The notes under the pieces were generated by a model that was not told the origin of the DNA, ran no database searches, and worked only from the letters and a program-made list of their open reading frames with translations. A DNA stretch of 32,000 nucleotides from Candidatus Woesearchaeota archaeon. GTDB lineage: Archaea > Nanobdellota > Nanobdellia > Nanobdellales > CAZNIQ01. Below, in pieces: positions 6,853 through 13,912 of the stretch. Each line of letters opens with the position of its first letter. The stretch's first letter is position 1. Made by a program: the position numbers and the translations under genes. The stretch lies in assembly GCA_964573185.1 (NCBI GenBank), contig CAZNIQ010000005.1:439-32438 (forward strand), read 5' to 3'.

Positions 6853-9608
6853 TCTTCAAATCTTCTTAAGCATTCATTCTTCTCCGGATACCCCACCTCT
6901 TGATACACTTCATCCATTATTTTATGTAACATATCATTGGCTTTAACAACAAAATCTGCTTCTAATAATTCTCTATTACCTGTTCTTTTAGCATAATCCA
7001 CTAACATCTTTTTAGCTTCTGCTCTTAAAAGGATGTTTTCCCATAATTTTTCCCATGAACCTGCAAATACTTTTATTCTTGAAGCTACAGATTTTAAGAT
7101 TTCAGAATCCCCATGAATGAGATTTGAAGTTGGTTTCAATTCGTCTTTGTCTACGTCATATATCATTAAATCTACAAAACCCTTTTCCATTAGTGGATCC
7201 TTTTCCCAGTGTTTCCTTACTTCTGTTATTCTTAATACTCTCCTATATTTCCTTAAACCGGATGGATCTTTTATAGGATTTGCAATTACTATAATATCAG
7301 TTGCTTTAAATGAAGTTTTCGGGACACCCAAATCATTTACAACTCTATCGTAAACTCCATAAGGGCTTTCCGCATGAATAGTTCCCATAACTACATTTGC
7401 TAAAGCACCAACTCTCATAGCTTCATATAATGTTACAGCTTCTTTAGATCTCACCTCGCCTATAATTAAAGCAGAGTCACCAAGTCTTAAAGAAACTTTT
7501 ATTCCATCATCGGCAGAGAGTTCTGAAGTCTGTAAAGATAATGGAGAACGAACTTTCAAAGGTAAAATATTATATCCCAATTTTCTAAAGTAATCTGTTG
7601 GAATTTCCAAAACATCTTCAATAGTTATTATTCTAACTTTCCTAGGGATTTCTAGCATTAAAGCAGTTAAAAGAGATGTGTTGTGAGCTATAAAACCGTT
7701 TGCAATAAAGTTTTCGGTTTCCGTTTCCAAATCGTAAACCCATTCTTCATATGTCTCTTCAATTTTTTCCACTCTATCAAAGAATAAGTCTGAATTTGCT
7801 AATATCTCTAATTTTTCTAAAATTTCCTTTGCTTTTCTAATTCTTTCTTTTGCAATTTTTAATTTTTCTTCTTCATTTATTTCAGTAATTACTCTAGCTA
7901 TTGCTACAAAATTCCCCACCTTTAGTTCTTCGGCTCTTTTCCATTTCAATTCTCCTTTTTCGTTTACAAGGAATGGATGTTCTGGGGTAACTTTTATTTC
8001 AAATCCACTTTTTGTTTTTATTTTCAATAACTTTCCTCCTCTTCTTTTATAAACTGCCTTTACTTTAACTTTCTTTATTTTCAAATCTTTTAGATCTAAT
8101 CCATAAACATACAAATTTTTCGGAATAGTAACATAACCATCCTCTATTTCTATTTTGCCTTTTTCTAATTCTTTTTCAACCAAATCCTTTATTTTTACAA
8201 GCTCTCCTTTTCCATTTAAAATTAAGGTATCCCCTGATACACATTTTCCAGCTCCTCGCGTTCCGGCTATCAAAATTGTCCTCCCCGTGTCTACTAATAA
8301 GGATAATAAACCTGCTGCTAGAGGGCTTAACATTTTGTTCTCTATAAACAAAGGCAAGGTCCAAGGCCTAGATCTGTGTCTTCTTAAAGCAAAACCCAGA
8401 CCTTTTGGACTTAAAGGTTCCATAACGGCGGCAACTCTTGCTCTTACATTGCCTAAATCTATTTCTGTGTCCAATACAGGATTAGCCTCGTCAAATGGTC
8501 TTCCAGAAATTAATCTTAATTTTGTAGCCCATGATTCAGCTTCCTTTGGACTTACATAAATATTTGTAATACACTGCTCATAATCTGCATGATTTATAAA
8601 GATAGGTGTTTTTCCTAAAGGTGGATTGATTAAAATATCCTGAACCCTTTCATCTTTTAACAAATATTCTAAAATTCCAAAGCCGATGGTATATCTCGTA
8701 ATAATTTTTGCTAATAACTTTTTCCTTATATTTGGATAGTTTTTCAAGAAGTTTAAAACTAAATTATAGAAATTTTCTCTTAATCTGTACGGATCCAGAT
8801 AGTCTGCTCTTTTAGGCTGATATCCTATTAAGAATCTCCTTACTTGTAGCATCGCATTTACCTCTTCCGTTGTCAAGAAAAATTCCGGTGGAAAAATATA
8901 GTATCTATTTGAAACTTCGTAAGGTAAAGAAAATATAATTACTTCTGCATCATCCACTTTATAACTTTCTAAAATGTTTGCCTCTTCAGGAATACTTCTT
9001 ATTAATGATAAATAAATAAAAGAAGGCTTTATATCGGGTATGAAAAGCTTTCTATAAATTAACCTATCCCCAGGAACGTATCCATCTAGATAGACTTCTA
9101 TTCTTTTATATACTTCTGTCTTTTGAAATAACAATTCAATATAGCTTATTAAGTCGATTAACTCTTTTAATCCTATCTTTAATTCTATATCTTTTGTCTT
9201 CTCGTAATATACTTCCAATTTTCTTTTATATCTCTTTAATTCAACTAATGTGCCTATAGGATCGTAAGGATATTTTTTAAGGATATCAAGAAGATTTATT
9301 CTTTCAGTGTATGCAGCGTCTAATTTATTTAACTTTGAAAAAACATTTTGTATAGCATTCCATATAGAAGCCAACTCCTTTAGATATTTTATTTGAGAGG
9401 CCGAATATTCAAATATATCGTATTGTTCAATAATTATTTTATCAAACTTTTCCTTTGAAAAAAGATCAATTATGAAAGCCATTAACTTCGGATTTTCTTC
9501 TAGCAAAGGTATCTCTGGTTGCTGATTTAAATTAATATATAACACTTTTTCCCCATGTTCAAGTTTAACATCATATTGAAACATACCTATAAATATTCTT
9601 TTTTCCAA
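6831..9608 (-). CDS. KlbA/FlaI/VirB11-family type II/IV secretion ATPase with long N-terminal domain, interrupted by a mini-intein
   Basis: FALRRHRSRPWTLP...ILIAGTRGAGK[intein]TSLLTALMLEIP..VRIITIEDVLEIP...LIIGEVRSKEA...GTIHA gives a split Walker A, Walker B and His box. The tracked start is TTG 9608. ATG 9584 (MFQYDVKL) is more likely because TATA-like tttaaata (9611-9618) then lies about 30 nt upstream. Confidence 0.85.
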   Translation of the reverse strand: MEKRIFIGMFQYDVKLEHGEKVLYINLNQQPEIPLLEENPKLMAFIIDLFSKEKFDKIIIEQYDIFEYSASQIKYLKELASIWNAIQNVFSKLNKLDAAYTERINLLDILKKYPYDPIGTLVELKRYKRKLEVYYEKTKDIELKIGLKELIDLISYIELLFQKTEVYKRIEVYLDGYVPGDRLIYRKLFIPDIKPSFIYLSLIRSIPEEANILESYKVDDAEVIIFSLPYEVSNRYYIFPPEFFLTTEEVNAMLQVRRFLIGYQPKRADYLDPYRLRENFYNLVLNFLKNYPNIRKKLLAKIITRYTIGFGILEYLLKDERVQDILINPPLGKTPIFINHADYEQCITNIYVSPKEAESWATKLRLISGRPFDEANPVLDTEIDLGNVRARVAAVMEPLSPKGLGFALRRHRSRPWTLPLFIENKMLSPLAAGLLSLLVDTGRTILIAGTRGAGKCVSGDTLILNGKGELVKIKDLVEKELEKGKIEIEDGYVTIPKNLYVYGLDLKDLKIKKVKVKAVYKRRGGKLLKIKTKSGFEIKVTPEHPFLVNEKGELKWKRAEELKVGNFVAIARVITEINEEEKLKIAKERIRKAKEILEKLEILANSDLFFDRVEKIEETYEEWVYDLETETENFIANGFIAHNTSLLTALMLEIPRKVRIITIEDVLEIPTDYFRKLGYNILPLKVRSPLSLQTSELSADDGIKVSLRLGDSALIIGEVRSKEAVTLYEAMRVGALANVVMGTIHAESPYGVYDRVVNDLGVPKTSFKATDIIVIANPIKDPSGLRKYRRVLRITEVRKHWEKDPLMEKGFVDLMIYDVDKDELKPTSNLIHGDSEILKSVASRIKVFAGSWEKLWENILLRAEAKKMLVDYAKRTGNRELLEADFVVKANDMLHKIMDEVYQEVGYPEKNECLRRFEEWLRKNI
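7680..8243 (-). mobile_element. Mini-intein (188 aa, no homing endonuclease) inserted in the P-loop of the secretion ATPase
   Basis: Cys1 codon at 8243-8241 (GAGK|CVSGDTLIL, block A). Block B is KVTPEHPF, block F is VYDLETETENFIANG, and the terminal HN is followed by Thr+1 (FIAHN|TSLL; Asn codon 7682-7680). Removing it restores GAGKTSLL. The linker is a K/E-rich helix with no LAGLIDADG or HNH. Confidence 0.85.
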
Positions 9609-9618
9609 AATTTAAATA
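9585..9618. promoter_or_regulatory. Bidirectional promoter spacer with two TATA-like boxes
   Basis: tataaata (9588-9595) lies about 28 nt upstream of ATG 9619. tttaaata (9611-9618, tatttaaa on the minus strand) lies about 30 nt upstream of ATG 9584 of the ATPase. Confidence 0.4.
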
Positions 9619-10020
9619 ATGCTTGATATTGTTAAGCGTATTAAATATATAGAAGAAAAACTCGATGCGTTAAATCAAAAAGTCTATGCTTTTGAAAGAG
9701 ATTATCAAAGAGATCTAAATGAAATAAATGAAAAACTAAATAAGGTAAATGAGGAGTTAAGTTTTCTGAAAAAAGAGTTAAATGAATTAAGAAAAAGAAT
9801 TGATGCTTTGATTATAAGACTAAAATTCTTTGCTACAAAAGATGAGGTAAAAATGATACAGAGATACCTAGAATACTTTACGCCTCTAGGTTTTGTTACG
9901 GAAAATGAGTTAAAAAGAGTCCTGGAAAAATATGTCACTAAAGAGGAGTTAAATAAGATAATTAAAGAAATAAAACAAATAATAAATAATGCTTCAGTTG
10001 TTCAAGAAGAAGAAGAATGA
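9619..10020 (+). CDS. Coiled-coil protein, unknown function
   Basis: 133-aa ORF with heptad-like repeats (LNEINEKLNKVNEELSFLKKELNELRKRIDAL) and an acidic tail. Divergent from the ATPase operon across a 34-nt spacer. Confidence 0.5.
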   Translation: MLDIVKRIKYIEEKLDALNQKVYAFERDYQRDLNEINEKLNKVNEELSFLKKELNELRKRIDALIIRLKFFATKDEVKMIQRYLEYFTPLGFVTENELKRVLEKYVTKEELNKIIKEIKQIINNASVVQEEEE

Positions 10021-10522
10021 ATTAGAACTTCCACCTTTAGAACAGACACAACAGGGTACTCAGCAATTAGGACAAGACATTACCCAAACATTTAATCAAA
10101 ATATACAACAACCAATGTTTCAAGAGCAACCACAAATAAATTATGATTACCAGTATCAAACAAATTACAACTATAATTGGGAAGAGTATTTTCAATCTTT
10201 AGTCGAAAAAATAGTTAGTGAAAAATTACAGGAAGTAAGAAGAGAAATCGATGAGATAAAAAAATCATTATCAAAGTACGATGTTGAAATTTCTTCTTTG
10301 AAAGAGAAAATAAATAGTATTGAGAACAAGTTATTAGATTTTAATAAGATATTAATAGAAAAAACAGAGCATTATGATAAAACTGTTAAAGAGGTTTTAG
10401 CAGAAATAAAGGCATTTCACAAATTAATGCAAGATTTCTTACCAACGTTTACAGATGCTGTTAAGGAATTAAGGGAAGTTATTTCTAAGCTTGATCGGAT
10501 TTCTCAGCAATTTCGTCCTTAG
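9989..10522 (+). CDS. Coiled-coil protein with Q/N/Y-rich N-terminal low-complexity region
   Basis: 177-aa ORF overlapping the previous gene by 32 nt. Residues ~19-64 are QTQQGTQQLGQ...QPQINYDYQYQTNYNYNW, followed by a coiled coil. Confidence 0.5.
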   Translation: MLQLFKKKKNELELPPLEQTQQGTQQLGQDITQTFNQNIQQPMFQEQPQINYDYQYQTNYNYNWEEYFQSLVEKIVSEKLQEVRREIDEIKKSLSKYDVEISSLKEKINSIENKLLDFNKILIEKTEHYDKTVKEVLAEIKAFHKLMQDFLPTFTDAVKELREVISKLDRISQQFRP

Positions 10523-11096
10523 GTTTTAATATCCCTTTTTCAATTAATTTATCTAAAACTTTTCTTATTATCCTTCTGAAAACATGCCTTTTATGTAAAC
10601 CTCCAAGTTTCATTGCCGCCTTCCTTATGGAACCCTCTTGAATAATTAAATTCAAATAGAATTTTTGCTTTTCTGTCAATTCATTAGATAAATGTTCTAA
10701 AGCTAATTTTGCTACTTTTACAGGATCTATTTCAATACCTTTCCAAGCAAATTCTTCTGAAAATATTGGTTTTTCAAATTTTTCTATCCACTCAAAATGT
10801 ATTATCGTTACCCAATCTTCGGATTTTAACTTTGGATAATGTTTTTTCAATGCTTCCTTTAGTTTTTTCTTTGATTCGAAGCCATCTAAAAAAGCATCTT
10901 CATCAGTTAGATCTTTTACCTGCTTATATTCAACTTTAGTAATTTTTGCCTTCCCTAAAACATATCCCCCACAATGTATATAAACTACGTCCCCCGGTTT
11001 ATATTCTGTTACCTTTCCCAACCTTATAGTTGCAGTTTTTAAACCTGAAAGAAGTTTGTCCCAGTATTCTTTCTGAAATTGCAAATGTTTTGCCAC
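10485..11096 (-). CDS. ASCH (PUA-like) domain protein fused to a C-terminal helix-turn-helix
   Basis: N-terminal LSGLKTATIRLGK...GDVVYIH...AKITKVEYKQVKDLTDEDAFLDGF is an ASCH fold pattern. C-terminal LTEKQKFYLNLIIQEGSIRKAAMKLGGLHKRHV looks like an HTH. Confidence 0.6.
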   Translation of the reverse strand: MAKHLQFQKEYWDKLLSGLKTATIRLGKVTEYKPGDVVYIHCGGYVLGKAKITKVEYKQVKDLTDEDAFLDGFESKKKLKEALKKHYPKLKSEDWVTIIHFEWIEKFEKPIFSEEFAWKGIEIDPVKVAKLALEHLSNELTEKQKFYLNLIIQEGSIRKAAMKLGGLHKRHVFRRIIRKVLDKLIEKGILKPKDEIAEKSDQA

Positions 11097-11875
11097 TACT
11101 CTAAAAGCTTAGATAAAAAGTTTTGGAACTTTTCTATTAGCAAATCTATTGCTAAAGGTATTATTTTCTCAGCGGAGTAATTTCCATAGGATTCTACTAC
11201 AAATATATATTTTCCATTTGGTTTAAACTTTATTTTATCTGGATTTACAGATTCTATCGCATCAAGAAAAGTTCTATCATATTTTTTCTCCTCAGGAACA
11301 ATTATTCTATTTCCTTCAATTTTTACTCCTAATTCTTCTAGTATCCTTTTTTCTTCTTCATTTAGTTCCTTTACTACTTCTAATTCTCCTAATTGATAAT
11401 AATAAGCCCAGCCGGGAGACCACTTAGCATGCTCTTTTCCTTTACCCATTACAGCCTCCATCTCAATGTCTATTCTTTGTCCTTTTTCTAACCAAACTAT
11501 TGGGATTTCTGGATAAGGAGTATAAACCCTAGGATCTTCTATTTGAATATCTTTTGCATAAACCCAACCAGGACCTTCTTTTTTCAATTTCATCTTTACT
11601 TTAACCTCATTTACTTTTGTCACAAATTCTTCTGGGGTATGAAATGGAATTAGACCTAATCTGTGTGCTAAAAACTCATCCCAAAGAACAGAAGTATTAT
11701 CATAAATATATACGTCTTCTATTGCTAGAGTAGGAACTTCCTCTAAAATGAACCTTCTTATAGTATTTAAAAACAAAGGATCGACTCCTTCAACAAGTAT
11801 CTTAATTTTATAATTTTTCTTATCTTTATCTATAGCGTATTTATCAGCTTCTATTGAAAGAACTTTTATTTTCAT
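11096..11875 (-). CDS. rpoD: DNA-directed RNA polymerase subunit D (Rpo3), cysteine-free (no Fe-S domain)
   Basis: [50 protein letters not shown] is the conserved Rpo3/RpoD dimerisation-domain signature. The 259-aa product has no Cys. Confidence 0.85.
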   Translation of the reverse strand: MKIKVLSIEADKYAIDKDKKNYKIKILVEGVDPLFLNTIRRFILEEVPTLAIEDVYIYDNTSVLWDEFLAHRLGLIPFHTPEEFVTKVNEVKVKMKLKKEGPGWVYAKDIQIEDPRVYTPYPEIPIVWLEKGQRIDIEMEAVMGKGKEHAKWSPGWAYYYQLGELEVVKELNEEEKRILEELGVKIEGNRIIVPEEKKYDRTFLDAIESVNPDKIKFKPNGKYIFVVESYGNYSAEKIIPLAIDLLIEKFQNFLSKLLE

Positions 11876-12360
11876 ACTTCAGGCAAAATAACTTGTCCAG
11901 GAACTTCTATCTTATCTCCATATAACTCTTTCCAAACTTCATAAGCTGCTTGATCTACCAAAGCTTGTCCTTTTGGTGTTACTACTCTTCCCTTCTTTGG
12001 TTTATCTACCCATTTTATTAAACCAGCCTTTTCTAATTGTTGTAAGATCGTTCTAACTATTTTTCCAGAACCTTTTACAAAATGTTCTGGATCGTATCCA
12101 TGTCTAGGTTTCTTTTTACCACCATATCTTGTTCTTAACCTTTCAACGCCTACAGGACCATGTAAATAAACTTGTCTTAAGATAGAAGCTGCTCTTAAAT
12201 ACCACCAAACTTCTGGTGGATCATCTGGAGGTCTTTCATTTGCAGGAGATGTCTTAACAAATTTAGCCCATTCTGGAGGTTTTATTTCTGGAAACTGCTT
12301 AAGTTTTTCAGCTAACTTCTGGACTAATAGGTGTCCTGGAACATCATATGCAGTAACCAT
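11872..12360 (-). CDS. rps19e: Ribosomal protein eS19 (S19e)
   Basis: [60 protein letters not shown] is characteristic of eS19. TATA-like tract at 12381-12390 lies about 25 nt upstream. Confidence 0.9.
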   Translation of the reverse strand: MVTAYDVPGHLLVQKLAEKLKQFPEIKPPEWAKFVKTSPANERPPDDPPEVWWYLRAASILRQVYLHGPVGVERLRTRYGGKKKPRHGYDPEHFVKGSGKIVRTILQQLEKAGLIKWVDKPKKGRVVTPKGQALVDQAAYEVWKELYGDKIEVPGQVILPEV

Positions 12361-12380
12361 AGGGTTTTGTTAAAGGGCAG

Positions 12381-12390
12381 ATTTAAAAAA
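12381..12390 (-). promoter_or_regulatory. TATA-like box for the rps19e-rpoD-ASCH operon
   Basis: The minus strand reads ttttttaaat, about 25 nt upstream of ATG 12360. Confidence 0.4.
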
Positions 12391-12391
12391 G

Positions 12392-12946
12392 TTAGGACGT
12401 GCAAAGGAAATCTTCTAAAGAGGGTTTGTCATGTAGGTACTTCTTAAAAAGTTCTATAACTTTTCTTTCATATTCAGGAAGTCTAGGATCGTTAGCATTC
12501 AATGGTATTTTTTCAAAGTTCTCGCTTCTTACTATATGAATAACAGGACCAGCCCCTGTTTCTATATAATCCAAACCCCTAAATTCTCTCGGATTTTTTA
12601 TCATATATGAAACTCTTACGTCATAGCCGATGTTTAAGCATTTGTTATATTTTTCTAGATCTGCTCTCAAAGCAAATGGAGAATCTGGTAAAGGAACTAC
12701 ATCTTGTATTTTAGTTCCAATTATCGTATCATGTTTTAGGATTGCCAGTTTCCACCCATTTTCATATTTGTAACATACATAAACGTAACCTATATCAGAA
12801 AGCTTTGGTTCGGCACTGCTACAAATCAATATATTATCGAAATCTTCACGCTTCCCAAAAAGATTAGAATAAGAAACGCTACCTATTGCTGCTAATACAA
12901 GAGCACTACCTACTATCTTTAAAAAATCTCTTCTATTCATCTTCAT
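12392..12946 (-). CDS. Exported hypothetical protein with twin-arginine (Tat)-type signal peptide
   Basis: The N-terminus MKMNRRDFLKIVGSALVLAAIGSV has the RRxFLK motif followed by a hydrophobic h-region. The mature part has no recognisable family. Confidence 0.5.
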   Translation of the reverse strand: MKMNRRDFLKIVGSALVLAAIGSVSYSNLFGKREDFDNILICSSAEPKLSDIGYVYVCYKYENGWKLAILKHDTIIGTKIQDVVPLPDSPFALRADLEKYNKCLNIGYDVRVSYMIKNPREFRGLDYIETGAGPVIHIVRSENFEKIPLNANDPRLPEYERKVIELFKKYLHDKPSLEDFLCTS

Positions 12947-12960
12947 AGGGTTAAGTATTC

Positions 12961-13275
12961 TTATTTCTTTTTAAAGCTTTTTATAGGAAACCTATATATC
13001 CTTCCACAATTCAAGCATGTATAGATAGCTCTTCCATTTCTTATCCTAACTCTTAACGTTTTCTCAGGAATCCAAAAAGTCAAACATTTTCTGCAAAATC
13101 TTCTTTTTATTTCCTTTGGTAACTTTATATGATATTTTAATTTTATTTTCCAGAGAATATAAATATATCTATTTGCCAACTCTAAGTTACCTTTCCTAGC
13201 CTCTTCTACAGCTTTTTCAAACAAAATTTTTATTCTTTCTAGAGCTATCTTCTTTTCCTTAACTTTTCTCGACAT
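12961..13275 (-). CDS. rnp4: RNase P protein component 4 (Rpp21/Rnp4)
   Basis: N-terminal helical part (RIKILFEKAVEEARKGNLELANRYI) plus zinc ribbon FCRKCLTFWIPEKTLRVRIRNG..YTCLNCGRIYRFP. Confidence 0.85.
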   Translation of the reverse strand: MSRKVKEKKIALERIKILFEKAVEEARKGNLELANRYIYILWKIKLKYHIKLPKEIKRRFCRKCLTFWIPEKTLRVRIRNGRAIYTCLNCGRIYRFPIKSFKKK

Positions 13276-13726
13276 ATTTTAAAGCTAAAGAAAGTAAAGC
13301 TATAGAGGTTCCTAATAAAGCTAAATCGTAAGCCCCAATTCCTACTGCCATTCCAATTGCTGCTGTAATCCATAGAGAAGCTGCAGTAGTGAGACCGATA
13401 ACTTTATGCTCTTCTTTTAGAATAGCTCCTCCTCCAATAAAACCTATGCCAGCTAAAATATAAGCTGCGATCCTTGCTGGGTCTGCACCAATTTTTCCAA
13501 AGTATTCATAAGAAATAAGAGTAAAAATGGTAGTACCTACACCAACTAGAATGTGTGTTCTTAATCCAGCAGGTTTTTTATGTATCTCTCTTTCTAAACC
13601 TAAGAGAAAAGAGAATAGAAAAGATAAAACTAGCTTAATAAAATGTTCTGGATTAAAGAAGAAAAAGAAGTAAATTAATAAAAGAAGAATGCTGATAAAC
13701 ATTGATAGTTGATCAGCATTCATCAT
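13259..13726 (-). CDS. mgtC: MgtC/SapB-family membrane protein
   Basis: LLGLEREIHKKPAGLRTHILVGVG is the MgtC family signature, with 4-5 TM helices. The start is ATG 13726 or ATG 13702. Either way it lies directly downstream of the 5S rRNA 3' end (13731). Confidence 0.85.
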   Translation of the reverse strand: MMNADQLSMFISILLLLIYFFFFFNPEHFIKLVLSFLFSFLLGLEREIHKKPAGLRTHILVGVGTTIFTLISYEYFGKIGADPARIAAYILAGIGFIGGGAILKEEHKVIGLTTAASLWITAAIGMAVGIGAYDLALLGTSIALLSLALKYVEKS

Positions 13727-13730
13727 GATT

Positions 13731-13861
13731 GGCGGGCGGACGGCTTCCGCCGATTCCCGGCGGCCTGCGCCGCCAGTACTACGGCGGACGTGGCCCGGCT
13801 TAACTTCCGTGTTCGAAATGGGAACGGGTGTTTCCCGGGCACTTTGGCCGTCCTACCCGCC
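13731..13861 (-). rRNA. rrf: 5S ribosomal RNA (orphan, not linked to 16S/23S in this window)
   Basis: GC-rich island. The reverse complement reads GGCGGGTAGGACGGCCAAAGTGCCCGGGAAACACCCGTTCCCATTTCGAACACGGAAGTTAAGCCGGGCCACGTCCGCCGTAGTACTGGCGG...GCCGTCCGCCCGCC. It contains the universal CCCATTTCGAACACGGAAGTTAAGCC loop and GTACTGG, and the termini pair into a long helix I. Confidence 0.9.
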
Positions 13862-13882
13862 GAAAGGGTATCTAAATATACA

Positions 13883-13892
13883 TTTTTAAAAA
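13883..13892. promoter_or_regulatory. Palindromic T5A5 TATA-like element midway between the 5S rRNA 5' end and the divergent ORF
   Basis: tttttaaaaa is its own reverse complement. It is centred about 26 nt from both 13861 (5S 5' end) and 13913 (ATG). Confidence 0.45.
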
Positions 13893-13912
13893 TTTCTATC
13901 CACTCATTAAAG

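Noticed and set aside
7780-7900. A hidden homing endonuclease in the ATPase intein
   Set aside because: The region between blocks B and F is only about 45 aa of K/E-rich helix with no LAGLIDADG, HNH or GIY-YIG motif, so this is a mini-intein.
5207-8559. Antisense ORFs inside the platform and ATPase genes (5207..5497, 5541..5735, 6162..6494, 6677..6946, 7117..7353, 8155..8559, 8176..8364)
   Set aside because: These are shadow frames of long, well-supported genes, with no motifs and no independent start context.
9585-9608. TTG at 9608 as the start of the secretion ATPase (the track's start)
   Set aside because: It would leave only 10 nt to the divergent gene and place both TATA-like boxes inside or against coding sequence. 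ATG 9584 fits the promoter geometry better. I kept the feature coordinates as tracked because I cannot prove the start.
13709-13912. The N-terminal 68 codons of tracked ORF 13709..14401 (MISIHHDWRADGFRRFPAACAAS...)
   Set aside because: This stretch is the antisense of the GC-rich 5S rRNA gene plus its promoter. Its Arg/Ala/Gly-rich composition is unlike every real protein here. The real gene, if any, starts at ATG 13913.
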